The position numbers were made by a program, and so were the translations under genes. This document shows positions 9,356-19,325 of a stretch of 64,000 bases of DNA, in pieces (positions within the stretch are counted from its first letter, which is position 1; every line of letters starts with the position of its first letter). The stretch covers positions 1,600,017 to 1,664,016 of the forward strand of contig CATOSZ010000001.1 of the NCBI GenBank assembly GCA_951812805.1, read 5' to 3'. This DNA is from an uncultured Alphaproteobacteria bacterium. GTDB taxonomy: Bacteria > Pseudomonadota > Alphaproteobacteria > GCA-2731375. The notes beneath the pieces are model-generated. The model had not been told where the DNA came from and made no database searches. It saw only the letters and a program-made list of their open reading frames with translations.

Positions 9356-10384
9356 ATGACCGAGAGCGAGATCCACCAACGCCCCGTAACGGACGCCAGC
9401 GCCTGGACCCGTGCGGAGATCGAGGTCGATACCGGTTGGCTGCATGTCCTGAACGCGGCGGAGATCGAAGATCTCGACCGTGCCCTACAGGGGGTACGCG
9501 GCTGGGCGGGAAAACTGTCCGACCTCTCGCGCGGAGACTTTCCGCTGCCGGTTTTGGCGCCGCGGCTCGCCGTGCTCGAGGCCGAGGTGCGCGCGGGGCG
9601 CGGCTTCGCGTTGCTGCGCGGCATCCCGGTCGAACGCTACGACGTCGACGACCTGTTCGTGATGAAATGGGGCATCGGCACGCATCTCGGTCGGGCGATA
9701 TCGCAGAACGTCTATGGCGACGTCCTGGGCCATGTCTTCGATCATGGCAACGAGGATCCGACGGCGACGCGAACGCGCGGCTATCAGACGAGCGGCGCGC
9801 TCGATTTTCATGTCGACCGGGCCGACATGACCTCGCTGCTCTGCGTGCGCCAGGGACGCTCGGGCGGGTTGAGCCGGATCGTCAGTTCGATGTCGGTGCA
9901 TAACGCCATTCTCGCCGCGCACCCGGAATACCTGCCCCCGCTCTATGAGGGCCTGCCCTACATCGTGACCGAGGCCGCCGGCGCCATGAAGACCTGGAAC
10001 GGGCCGGTGTTCGACGTGACCGACGGCGTGTTGAGCTGTTCGTTCCGCCGCGGCACCATCCAGAAGGCGATCGATACGCCGGGCGTCGAGCTGGCGCCCC
10101 CGAAGGCGGCGGCGCTCGCCTGTATCGACGAGGCCATGAACGACCCCGCGCTGGTCTACACCATGGTGCTGCAGCCGGGAGACATCCAGTTCGTGAACAA
10201 CTACACGGTGCTGCACGGCCGCACCGCCTTCGTCGACGGCCCGGACGCGGGCAAGCAGCGCCATGTGGTCCGGCTGTGGCTGAAGTTCCTCACGCCGCGG
10301 CCGGCCAGCGCCTATATCCAGGACCAGTACAAGGGTATCGCGAAGCGGCTGGAGCAGAACCCGGCGGGCTATCGAACGCAGTAG
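9356..10384 (+). CDS. TauD/TfdA family Fe(II)/2-oxoglutarate dioxygenase
   Basis: FHVD (HxD) and distal NNYTVLHGRT motifs, GRGFALLRG. Confidence 0.85.
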   Translation: MTESEIHQRPVTDASAWTRAEIEVDTGWLHVLNAAEIEDLDRALQGVRGWAGKLSDLSRGDFPLPVLAPRLAVLEAEVRAGRGFALLRGIPVERYDVDDLFVMKWGIGTHLGRAISQNVYGDVLGHVFDHGNEDPTATRTRGYQTSGALDFHVDRADMTSLLCVRQGRSGGLSRIVSSMSVHNAILAAHPEYLPPLYEGLPYIVTEAAGAMKTWNGPVFDVTDGVLSCSFRRGTIQKAIDTPGVELAPPKAAALACIDEAMNDPALVYTMVLQPGDIQFVNNYTVLHGRTAFVDGPDAGKQRHVVRLWLKFLTPRPASAYIQDQYKGIAKRLEQNPAGYRTQ

Positions 10385-10397
10385 GCCGTGGCGGCGC

Positions 10398-10715
10398 TCA
10401 GGCCGGATCGGGGCGGTTCTTCTCGAAACCGGACCGGTACTCGGGATAGAGGCCGCAAATCTCCGCCCAGCCGATATAGCGCCCGTCGGAATAGCTCGTG
10501 ATGCCATCGGCGGCGGTGATGTCGGGGTTGTTCTTCGCCGCCGCCTCCGGGCCGCCCTGCAAGAAAACCCAGAAGCAGACGACGGCGAGGCTTTCCGCGT
10601 CGCGCGCGCGACAGGCCGCGCAAATCGAATAGGCGGTCGGCGCAATGCCGCTGTCGACAACCGTCCCGGGCCCCCGGCCGCAGACCGCGCAGGTGCCATT
10701 CGCCTCGGTTTCCAT
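10398..10715 (-). CDS. Small hypothetical protein with two CxxC motifs
   Basis: CAVC...CAAC; GGGGA Shine-Dalgarno-like sequence upstream. Confidence 0.55.
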   Translation of the reverse strand: METEANGTCAVCGRGPGTVVDSGIAPTAYSICAACRARDAESLAVVCFWVFLQGGPEAAAKNNPDITAADGITSYSDGRYIGWAEICGLYPEYRSGFEKNRPDPA

Positions 10716-10823
10716 AGCTGTTCCCCGTCCCCGTGCCGCAACGCCTTGGTGCTACAGTCCGCTGGAATGTTAATCGAAGCCGGCCCGATGTCGAAAACGG
10801 GGCGGTGGGGGGAGGAGACGGAG

Positions 10824-11615
10824 ATGGATTTTGCGAGTTACCAGCGCCTCGGATTCGAGCGGCGGGGCCGCGAGCTTCGGGTCAGCATCGACAACGGGCG
10901 GATGAACGCCGTCGACTTTGAGATGCACGAGGAACTGGCACGGGTTTTCCCGGAGTTGCAGGGCGATGCGGAGAGCGACCTGATCGTGCTGACCGGGGCG
11001 GGTCGCGCCTTCTGCGCCGGCGGCGACATGGACTGGTTCCAGGCGATGATCGACGATCCGGCGCTGTTCCGCGGCATCGCCAACGACGCCAAGAAGATCG
11101 TCAACGGCCTGCTGGAGCTGGAGAAGCCGATCCTGTGCCGGCTGAACGGGGCGGCGGCGGGGCTCGGCGCGTCCATCGCGTTGCTCTGCGACGTCATCGT
11201 CGCCGACGAGACGGCGAAGATCGGCGATCCCCACGTCAAGGTCGGGCTGGTGGCCGGCGACGGTGGCGCCGTGATCTGGCCACAGCTGATCGGCTTCGCC
11301 CGGGCGAAGGAGATGCTGTTGACCGGCGACATGATCACCGGGGCGGAAGCCGCCGCCATGGGCCTGGTCAACCATGCCGTGCCGGCCGACCGGCTCGACG
11401 CCAAGACCGATGAGATCGTCGCCAAGATCCTCGGCAATCCCCGCTGGGCGGTGCGCTGGACCAAGACGGCGGTCAACCTGGTGCTGCGCGACGTCGCCAA
11501 CCGGGTGATGGACGCGGCGATCGCCTACGAGATCAGCTCCAACGCCACCGCCGACCGGCAGGAGGCGGTGACCGCCTTCGTCGAGAAACGCGCGCCGAAC
11601 TTCACCGGCGATTGA
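10824..11615 (+). CDS. Enoyl-CoA hydratase/isomerase family protein
   Basis: LTGAGRAFCAGGD, NGAAAGLG, DPHVKVGLVAGDGG; GGAG RBS before MDFASY. Confidence 0.88.
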   Translation: MDFASYQRLGFERRGRELRVSIDNGRMNAVDFEMHEELARVFPELQGDAESDLIVLTGAGRAFCAGGDMDWFQAMIDDPALFRGIANDAKKIVNGLLELEKPILCRLNGAAAGLGASIALLCDVIVADETAKIGDPHVKVGLVAGDGGAVIWPQLIGFARAKEMLLTGDMITGAEAAAMGLVNHAVPADRLDAKTDEIVAKILGNPRWAVRWTKTAVNLVLRDVANRVMDAAIAYEISSNATADRQEAVTAFVEKRAPNFTGD

Positions 11616-11687
11616 GGCGAGGAGCGCGAACGTGCGCCGACCGATCCGCAAGGACCCCGCCGGACGCCGGCCCGGCCGGCCCCAGGG

Positions 11688-12898
11688 GTGACGCCCGTCC
11701 GACTGATCGCCACCATGTGCGTGGTGCAGGTGCTGGGGATGTTGAGCTTCTCGAGCTTCCCGGCCCTGCTGCCGATGTTCCTGGACGAATGGTCGCTCAG
11801 CGGTACGGAGGCGGGCTGGCTCTCCGGCCTGTTCTTCGTCGGCTATATGGCGGCGGTGCCGCTGCTGGGCGCGGCGACGGACCGGATCGACGCCCGCATC
11901 GTCTATCTCGCCTCGACCGCGCTCGGCGGTGCGGCGATCCTCGGCTTCGCGGTGCTGGCCGAGGGGTTCTGGAGCGCGGCACCGCTCCGCGTGCTGGCCG
12001 GCGCCGCGCTCGCCGGGACCTACATGCCGGGCCTCAAGGCGCTCACCGACAGGATCGAGGACGCGCGCGCGGAAACCCGCGCCGTCACCTTCTACACATC
12101 GTCCTTCGCGATCGGCGTTTCCGTCTCCTACCTGTTGGCCGGCGAAATCGCCCGGGACTTCGGCTGGCGCTGGGCCTTCGCCCTGCCGGCCTGCTGACTT
12201 CGGTCAGTTTTGTCGTCGCCTGGATCGTCTTGCGGCCGAAACCGGTCGCGCGGCCCGTCGGCCACCGCCTCGACTTTCTCGATTTCCGCCCGGTCCTCAC
12301 CAACCGGCGGACCATGGCTTACGTCTTCGCCTACGCCGCCCACAACTGGGAGCTTTTCGGCATGCGGGCCTGGATCGTCGCCTTCCTCGCCTTCGCGGCG
12401 GCGCGCGCGCCCGGCGGCGAAGCGCCCTTCATCGCCGCCACGACGGTGGCCGCCCTGGTCGGCCTGCTCGGCATGCCGGCGAACGTGCTCGGCAACGAGT
12501 TGGCGCTTCGCTTTGGACGTGCGCGGGTGATCCCGGTGTTCATGGTGATCTCGGTGCTGGTTTGCGGCGGAATCGGCTTTTCCGCCGGCCTGGCCTACGG
12601 CGTGGTGGTCGGCCTCTGCCTGCTGCACGGCGTGACCGCAACCTGGGAGAGCGCGGCGGTGACGTCCGGGGCGGTGCAATCGGCCGAGCGGTCGCGCCGG
12701 GGCGCCACCATGGCGGTGCACACCTTCATCGGCCTCGGCATCGCCGTCCTCGGCGCCGCCGTGCCCGGCATCGCCCTCGATCTCGGTGGTGGGCCGGAGA
12801 GCGCGGTGGCCTGGCGCTGGACCTGGATTACCATCGCCGCCGGCGCCGCCTTCGGGCCGCTGGCGTTGCGGTTGTTGCCTCGCGAAGATATCAGTTGA
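11688..12898 (+). pseudogene. MFS transporter split by a 1-nt frameshift near 12185
   Basis: N-terminal half (11688-12197) and C-terminal half (frame ending at 12898) are both MFS-like; adding one G at GCCCTG^CCGGC restores WAFALAGLLTSV. Confidence 0.75.
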
Positions 12899-12981
12899 TT
12901 AATAAATATATAATCTTGACCACGACTATAATGTTTCTTAAAGTTGCAGATCTAACCCTAATTCATATGGAGAGTAGAATC

Positions 12982-13395
12982 ATGCGTCGCTTAACCAGCC
13001 TTTCCACCCTTCTGATATTCCTGCTGTGGGCACCGATGGCCGTGAATGCCGCGTCGGACTCCCTTAAGCTCGTGGCGGGTCAGACGTGGGTCAATCAGAG
13101 TGGATCGACATTGACGATCACCGGCTACGGGGCGAACAACTCGTTCACCGGCTATTACATCAACCGGGCGGCCGGCTTCGGCTGTCAAAACACGCAGTAC
13201 CCGGTTTCGGGCTGGGTGAACGGCTTCACGATCGGTTGGTCGGTCAACTGGGCCAACAGCACCCAGAACTGCGGTTCCGTCACCGCCTGGGCCGGATACT
13301 ATAGTTCGGCATCGGGCCAGATCCTCACCAAATGGAGCCTCGCGACGTCCGCCCCGGACATCATCGTCGGCGGCGACACGTTTACGGCGCAATAG
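12982..13395 (+). CDS. Secreted avidin/streptavidin-family biotin-binding protein (rhizavidin-like)
   Basis: Signal peptide, then WVNQSGSTL, GYYINRAAGFGCQNTQYP, WSVNW, NCGSVTAWAG, TKWSL, GGDTF; 137 aa; hidden at the end of ORF-track entry 11929..13395. Confidence 0.9.
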   Translation: MRRLTSLSTLLIFLLWAPMAVNAASDSLKLVAGQTWVNQSGSTLTITGYGANNSFTGYYINRAAGFGCQNTQYPVSGWVNGFTIGWSVNWANSTQNCGSVTAWAGYYSSASGQILTKWSLATSAPDIIVGGDTFTAQ

Positions 13396-13436
13396 GTGGT
13401 TATCGGACCGGGCGGTCGCAGCCGCTCGGTCCGGGA

Positions 13437-13916
13437 CTACAAGGGAAAGACCAGCAGGACGTCCACGCGACGGCTTTCCAGGATCACCCGGCGTTCCGCC
13501 AGGCGCGGTGCGCCGTCCTCGAGGACGATGCGATCCAGGTATTTGCCGACCGCGAACAGCTCGCTCGCGCCGTCCTGCATAGTGCGCACCACGGTGAAAT
13601 TGGTCCGCGCCGTGATGCCTGCGCCGTTGGACGAGAGGGCCGAGCGGCTCAGCATGTGACAATAGGTGTGCGGCTCGAAGATGTTGGCGGTGCGCAGAGC
13701 TAAAATCCGGTCCGACATCATCGCCCGGCTCTCGCAATAGAAAATACCGAGCGGCAGGCCCGCCTCGTGGTTCTCCCGCGTGGTGATCTGATAGACCGCG
13801 TCCTCGGTGAAGTATCCGGGCCAGGCTTCCAGGTCGCCGTCGTCGATGGCGTGCGCATAGGCGAGGAGGAAATCCTCAATTCTTCCCCGCGTTCCGGGCT
13901 CGATTCCCTCGCTCAC
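13437..13916 (-). CDS. Aromatic ring-hydroxylating oxygenase beta subunit
   Basis: YAHAIDDGDLEAWPGYF, LRTANIFEPHTYCH, GKYLD; overlaps the alpha-subunit stop codon. Confidence 0.88.
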   Translation of the reverse strand: MSEGIEPGTRGRIEDFLLAYAHAIDDGDLEAWPGYFTEDAVYQITTRENHEAGLPLGIFYCESRAMMSDRILALRTANIFEPHTYCHMLSRSALSSNGAGITARTNFTVVRTMQDGASELFAVGKYLDRIVLEDGAPRLAERRVILESRRVDVLLVFPL

Positions 13917-15172
13917 GCCTCGATCCCCATGATGCGGCGATAGCCGGTCCAGAAGCCGCGGATCGCGACCTCGGTGGCACGGCTGGCGTCGCTCGATTCG
14001 ACGTCGCGACCGCCCATTTCGATGAAGGCGTTGCGATCCCCGCTGCCGGCCGTGCCGCGCTGCACAAACTCGTTGATGCAGCCGTCCTCCAGGCTGACCA
14101 GGCCGGCGGCGCCGGTCAGGTTGCCCTGCATCACCCGCATGGCGGTCTTCGCTTCGTCGTCGTCGTCATAGCCGAGGTAGTGCCAGAACAGCTCCGTCTG
14201 ATCGACGCCGCGCGGCGCGAAATAGCGCACGCAGAGCGAATTCAAGGTGAAGTGGATGCCGAGATTGGGGAATACCGCCTGAATCGAATGGGTGATGCCG
14301 TCGTCGAATTCGTCCCAGGCGTCCAGCAGCTCCGGGCCTTCCAGCTTGGAATCGAACTGGTCCGAGTGGACGTCCGCCTTCTGGTATTCCTCCGCCTCGT
14401 CGAAGGTGGCGCGCTTGGCGTAGCTCACGTGGTGCCATTTGTCGTCGGCCATGATGATGCCGCCGTCCATGTCGAGGCGGTTGATCTTGAAGGTCGTGTA
14501 GAAGGTGTGCAGCAGGGTCGCGTGATAGGAATCGCGCAAGTTCTCCGCATAGAGCTTCCAGTTGTTGTGGATGATCTGGCTATGCATGCCGAGGCGGTGC
14601 AGGGGTCGGTCGAGGTTGCGGCGGATGAACTTGCTCATCACCGGGCCGAGGTAGCTTTCGACCGAGGGCATGTCGGGATCGAAGGTGCCGAAGACCAGGC
14701 CGGAAAACACCTCGACGCGGATCGGCTCCATGCGATGGCGGGCGAGATCGAAGTCTTCCGGCATGCCGCCCTTGCCCCGGAGGCCATGGCGAAAGGCCAG
14801 GCCCTTCAGACGCCCGCCCATGTCGTAGGTCCAGGAGTGATAGACGCAAGTCAGCATCTTGGCGTTGCCGCGTTCCTTCAGGCAGACCAGGGCGCCCTTG
14901 TGGGCGCAACGGTTGATCAGGCCGTGCACCTCGCCCTCCTCGTCCCGGGTGACGACGATCGGCACCTCGCCGACGTGGGTCGTCTTGAAGTCGCCCGGGT
15001 TCGGGATGTCGATCTCGAGACAGAGAAAATTCCACACCGGCCCGCGAAAGATCCGCTCCTGCTCCAACCGATAGATCTCCGGGTCGGAGAACAGGCGGAA
15101 GGGAATGCGCGTCACGCCCTCCTCCGGCCAGACCAGGGGTTCGCTCAACTCGTCGATTGCCGCGATGCTCAT
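13913..15172 (-). CDS. Rieske ring-hydroxylating oxygenase alpha subunit (anthranilate/salicylate/terephthalate clade)
   Basis: NRCAHKG...CVYHSW Rieske motif, NWKLYAEN..DSYHATLLH mononuclear Fe site, VSLEDG. Confidence 0.9.
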   Translation of the reverse strand: MSIAAIDELSEPLVWPEEGVTRIPFRLFSDPEIYRLEQERIFRGPVWNFLCLEIDIPNPGDFKTTHVGEVPIVVTRDEEGEVHGLINRCAHKGALVCLKERGNAKMLTCVYHSWTYDMGGRLKGLAFRHGLRGKGGMPEDFDLARHRMEPIRVEVFSGLVFGTFDPDMPSVESYLGPVMSKFIRRNLDRPLHRLGMHSQIIHNNWKLYAENLRDSYHATLLHTFYTTFKINRLDMDGGIIMADDKWHHVSYAKRATFDEAEEYQKADVHSDQFDSKLEGPELLDAWDEFDDGITHSIQAVFPNLGIHFTLNSLCVRYFAPRGVDQTELFWHYLGYDDDDEAKTAMRVMQGNLTGAAGLVSLEDGCINEFVQRGTAGSGDRNAFIEMGGRDVESSDASRATEVAIRGFWTGYRRIMGIEA

Positions 15173-15252
15173 GGCGGGGGCTCTCCAGTCGTCTCAAGTC
15201 GCCGGCATTATAGGAAAGGCGGGCGCGGGGTCGAGTTTGCTCCGCCGCTATT

Positions 15253-16962
15253 TCACCCGCCACCTTTCGGCAGGCCGCCGCCGGGGCGTGAGGCGCGGAT
15301 GGCGTGGCTCAGCAGGATGACCGGCAGGATGCCGACGACGACGATGGTGAGCGCCCAAAGGCCGCATTCCTCGAAGCGTTCGTCGCTGGCGTATTCGTAG
15401 ATCCGGGTGGCGAGCGTCGAGAAATTGAACGGGCGCAGAATCAAGGTCGCCGGCAGTTCCTTCATCACGTCAACGAAGACGAGGAGGGCGGCGGTCAGCA
15501 CGCCGCCGCGGATCAACGGCAGATGGACCGAGACGAGGGTCCCGCCCAGGCCGCGCCCCAGCGTGCGGCTGGCGCCGTCCATGTTCTGGGTCACCCGGCC
15601 GAGGCTCGCCTCGATGGTGCCGAAGGAGAGGGCGAGGAAGCGAACCAGGTAGGCGAAGCCGACGGCGACGACGGTGCCGCTCAACACCAGGCCGAAGGTG
15701 ATGCCGAAGACCGCCTCGCCGACGTCGTTCAGGACATGGTCGGCCCAGGCGAAGGGCATCAACACGCCGACGGCGATGATCGAGCCCGGCACCGCATAGC
15801 CGGTGCTGGCCAGCCGCACGGCGAGCGAGAGGCCGCGGCCGGCGCCTGCGATGCGCATGGCATAGGCGAGGTAGAGGCCGACGGCGACGGCGAGCGCCGC
15901 CGCGCCCGCCGCGAGCGCCAGCGTCGTCACGATGTCGGAGACGTAGTCCTCGACCCGGGCCAGCGCCACGGACTCGAGCGTCCAGCCGGCCAGCACCAGG
16001 GCCGGCAGGACGAAGCCGAGGATCAGCGGCGCGGCGCAGGCGGTTTGCGCGGCGAGCGCGCGCAGCCCGGTGAGCCGATAACCCGGCAGGGTCCGATAGC
16101 GGCGCGAGGTCTGGTGATAGCGGCGTTGGCGGCGGGAATGACGCTCCAGCGCCAGCACCGCCAGGACGAAGACCAGCAGCAGGCAGGCGAGCTGGGCCGC
16201 CGCCGGCGCGTTGTGCATGCCGAGCCAGACGTCGTAGATGCCGGTCGTGAAGGTGGTGACGGCGAACTGGCGGACGGCGCCGAAATCGTTCAACACCTCC
16301 ATCAGTGCCAGTGCCAGCCCGACGGCGATCGCCGGACGGGCGAGCGGCAGGGCGGTGGTGAGGAAGCCGCGCCAGGGCCCGCGGCCGAGCGTCCGGCTGA
16401 CCTCAAGGGCGCAGACCGACTGGTCGAGGAAGGCGGCGCGGGACAGCAGAAAGACATAGGGATAGAGCACGAGACTAAGGACGATCATGGCGCCCGGCAG
16501 GGAGCGGATCTCCGGGAACCAGTAGTCCCTGGGCGTTTGCCAGCCGGCGAGTTCGCGCAGCATCCCCTGCAGCGGGCCGGCGTATTCCAGCATCTCGACA
16601 TAGACGATGGCGATGACATATGTCGGCATGGCGAGCGGCAGCAGCAAGGCCCACTCGAACAGGCGGGAGCCCGGAAACCGGCACATGGTGACGAGCCAGG
16701 CCGTGCCGACACCGATCAGCACGACGCCGAGCCCGACGCCGAGCAGCAGGCCGGCCGTATTGAAAATATAGCCGGCGAGGACCGTTTCGGCGAGATGGGC
16801 GAAGGCGCCGCCGCTCGAGCGGAGCGCCAGGGTGGCGACGGCGATCAGCGGCAACGCGACCATGGCGGCGACCAGGAAGGCGCCGAGCGTCAGGCCGAGG
16901 CGGCCGGCGTCGCGCGCGGGCAGCCGCGCCGTCGATCCCGCCCCCTCGTCCAGCACCGCCAT
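15253..16962 (-). CDS. fbpB: Fe3+ ABC transporter permease (FbpB/FutB-like)
   Basis: Duplicated permease halves, LYPYVFL, LPLARPAI, KELPATLILRPFNF. Confidence 0.88.
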   Translation of the reverse strand: MAVLDEGAGSTARLPARDAGRLGLTLGAFLVAAMVALPLIAVATLALRSSGGAFAHLAETVLAGYIFNTAGLLLGVGLGVVLIGVGTAWLVTMCRFPGSRLFEWALLLPLAMPTYVIAIVYVEMLEYAGPLQGMLRELAGWQTPRDYWFPEIRSLPGAMIVLSLVLYPYVFLLSRAAFLDQSVCALEVSRTLGRGPWRGFLTTALPLARPAIAVGLALALMEVLNDFGAVRQFAVTTFTTGIYDVWLGMHNAPAAAQLACLLLVFVLAVLALERHSRRQRRYHQTSRRYRTLPGYRLTGLRALAAQTACAAPLILGFVLPALVLAGWTLESVALARVEDYVSDIVTTLALAAGAAALAVAVGLYLAYAMRIAGAGRGLSLAVRLASTGYAVPGSIIAVGVLMPFAWADHVLNDVGEAVFGITFGLVLSGTVVAVGFAYLVRFLALSFGTIEASLGRVTQNMDGASRTLGRGLGGTLVSVHLPLIRGGVLTAALLVFVDVMKELPATLILRPFNFSTLATRIYEYASDERFEECGLWALTIVVVGILPVILLSHAIRASRPGGGLPKGGG

Positions 16963-16974
16963 CGTGCGCGCCGC

Positions 16975-18045
16975 CTACTCGAAGCCGACCCGGTCGAAGA
17001 TGCGCAAGGCCTCCGGCGCCCGTTCGGCGATGCCCTGCAGGTTCTCGTCGTCGGGGCGAAAGCGGCCCCAGGAGGCGACCTCCGGGTTCCAGGGCACCGC
17101 CGGATTGACCGGATATTCGTAGTTGCTCGCGGCGTAGATCGCCTGCGCCTCGGGCCCGGCGAGGAATTCCATCAGCTTGCGGGCGGCGGCGGCGTTGGGC
17201 GCGCTCTTGGTCATCGCCATGCCGGAGAGATTGACGTGGGTGCCCCGGTCGCTCTGGTTCGGGAAGATCAGGCCGACGGCGGCGGCCCATTCCTTCTGCT
17301 CCGGCCGTTTGTCGTTGAACTTCATGACGCCGTAGTAATAGTGGTTGCCGATCGCCACGTCGCATAGGCCTTCCTTGATCGCCTTCACCTGGCCCCGGTC
17401 GCCGCCCTGCGGCTTGCGGGCGAGGTTGGCGCGCAAGCCTCGCGCCCAGGCCTCCGCCGTCTCCGCGCCGGCGGCAACGATGATGGAGGCCAGCAGCGCC
17501 TGGTTGTAATAATGGCGGGAGGAGCGCACGCAGACCCGTTCGCGCCACTTGGGATCGGCCAGGTCCTCGTAGCGGGTGATCGCATCTTCGGCGACCCGCG
17601 CCTTGGCGTAATAGATCACCCGCGCGCGCATGGTGAGGCCGAACCAGAGGTCGCCCGGATGGCGGTAGGCGGCGGGAATGGCGGCCCGCAGGCTGTCGGA
17701 GGGGACCGGGCGGGCGAGATCCGCCTCGACCAGGGCGTTGAGACGGGCGATGTCGGAGGTCAACACCAGGTCGGCCGGGCTGTGTCGGCCCTCGGCCTTC
17801 AGCCGCTCGATCATGCCGGTCTTGGCGAAGACGACGTTGACCTCGATACCGGTTTCGGCCGTGAACCGGTCGAGCAGGGGACGGATCAGGAATTCCTGGC
17901 GGTAGGAATAGACGTTGACCTCTTCGGCTTGCGCCGCGGACAGGACAAGCGGCGGGGCGATCAGGGCGCACAGCAGCGCCACCAACAGTCCACGGCCGAA
18001 CCCCCTTCGCGATGCGGATTTCCGCGCCTTCGATCGACTTGGCAT
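16975..18045 (-). CDS. fbpA: Fe3+ ABC transporter substrate-binding protein (FutA/FbpA-like), probable Tat signal
   Basis: EVNVYSYRQ, KPQGGDRGQVKAI, NHYYYG iron-binding tyrosines; SRRGF twin-arginine motif. Confidence 0.88.
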   Translation of the reverse strand: MPSRSKARKSASRRGFGRGLLVALLCALIAPPLVLSAAQAEEVNVYSYRQEFLIRPLLDRFTAETGIEVNVVFAKTGMIERLKAEGRHSPADLVLTSDIARLNALVEADLARPVPSDSLRAAIPAAYRHPGDLWFGLTMRARVIYYAKARVAEDAITRYEDLADPKWRERVCVRSSRHYYNQALLASIIVAAGAETAEAWARGLRANLARKPQGGDRGQVKAIKEGLCDVAIGNHYYYGVMKFNDKRPEQKEWAAAVGLIFPNQSDRGTHVNLSGMAMTKSAPNAAAARKLMEFLAGPEAQAIYAASNYEYPVNPAVPWNPEVASWGRFRPDDENLQGIAERAPEALRIFDRVGFE

Positions 18046-18065
18046 GTCTGAACCTCGGGTCATGG

Positions 18066-18118
18066 TTCCCAGTCCCGGTTTTGAGAATGACAATCATTCT
18101 CAAAACCGGGACTGGGAA
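18066..18118. promoter_or_regulatory. Fur-box-centred 53-bp palindrome upstream of fbpA
   Basis: Perfect 25-bp arms around CAA; core GAGAATGACAATCATTCTC (18083-18101) matches the classic GATAATGATAATCATTATC Fur box at 16/19. Confidence 0.8.
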
Positions 18119-18224
18119 ATTATCCTGACACCGTCATTTTGCGCAAGCCATATGGCAGGCCTGCGACAATGATGCGCAGTGTGACGTGTGATCGGGCGGC
18201 TTCGGTGGCGAGGCGGGCCGGCGG

Positions 18225-19325
18225 CTATGGGCGCAGCAACGCGACGACCTCGCGGGCCACGGCCCGGGTGCCCATGTCGCCGCCGAACTCCATGGGCCGC
18301 AGGCGGTTCTCCGCGAACCCCTGATGGACCGCCTGTTCGATCAGGGCGGCGGCCTCGCCCGGCGCTTCCAGATCCGCACGCTCGCCCAGGTAATCCAGCA
18401 TGAGGGCGCCGCTCAGAATCGCGGCGAGCGGGTTCGCCTTGTCCTGGCCGGTGATGTCGGGTGCGCTGCCGTGGGCGGGCTGGAACAGACCGTGCGCGTC
18501 GCCGATCTCGGCGCAGGCCGCCATGCCCATGCCGCCGACCAGGCCGCCGCCGAGATCGGAGAGGATGTCGCCGAACATGTTCTCCATCACCAGCACGCCG
18601 AAGGCCCAGGGCTGGCGGACCAGGTCCAGGGCCTGGGCGTCGACATAGTTGTAGGACACGTCGATATCGGGAAAGCCGGCGCGGCGCTCGTCGAAGATCT
18701 TGCGAAAGAAGGCCATGGAGCGGAAGACGTTCGCCTTGTCGACGCAGGTGACCAGGCCTTTGCCGCCACGCGCCCGGCGCCGTCCGGCGAGGCGGAAGGC
18801 GAAGTCGTGCAGCTTTTCCGTCGTCGCCCGGGTGATCCGCAGGATGTCCTGGACTTCCGCGTCGGTCTCGACCGGGGAGCGGTCGTGCACGGCGGCCGAA
18901 TAGAACAGGCCTTCGGTCGATTCCCGCAGGATCACCAGGTCGATCTCGCCGGCCCGGGGATCGGCCAGGCGTTGCGGCGCGTTCGGATAGGCCTTGACCG
19001 GACGGACGCCCGCATAGAGCTGGAGGTCCTCGCGCAGCCGCAGGTGGGGCGAGATTTCCGTGCCGTCGGCGTGGCGAACTTCCGGCAGGCCGATGGCGCC
19101 GAGCAGGATAGCGTCGGCTCCCGCCGCCGCGGCCTCGGCGCCGGGCGCCATGTCGCGCCCGGTTTCGCGGTAATAGGCAGCCCCACCGTCCAGGTCTTCC
19201 GCCACCAGACGAAACCCGCCGACCCGCGCCTCGGCCGCCGCGAGCACCGCGAGGGTGGCCTCGGTGACGTCGATGCCGATACCGTCGCCGCGGATCACGG
19301 CGACCTGGAAATCCCGGGTGTTCAT
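18225..19325 (-). CDS. Isocitrate/isopropylmalate (tartrate-like) dehydrogenase family protein
   Basis: GDGIG, VDKANV, ENMFGDILSD, HGSAPDI, KANPLA. Confidence 0.88.
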   Translation of the reverse strand: MNTRDFQVAVIRGDGIGIDVTEATLAVLAAAEARVGGFRLVAEDLDGGAAYYRETGRDMAPGAEAAAAGADAILLGAIGLPEVRHADGTEISPHLRLREDLQLYAGVRPVKAYPNAPQRLADPRAGEIDLVILRESTEGLFYSAAVHDRSPVETDAEVQDILRITRATTEKLHDFAFRLAGRRRARGGKGLVTCVDKANVFRSMAFFRKIFDERRAGFPDIDVSYNYVDAQALDLVRQPWAFGVLVMENMFGDILSDLGGGLVGGMGMAACAEIGDAHGLFQPAHGSAPDITGQDKANPLAAILSGALMLDYLGERADLEAPGEAAALIEQAVHQGFAENRLRPMEFGGDMGTRAVAREVVALLRP

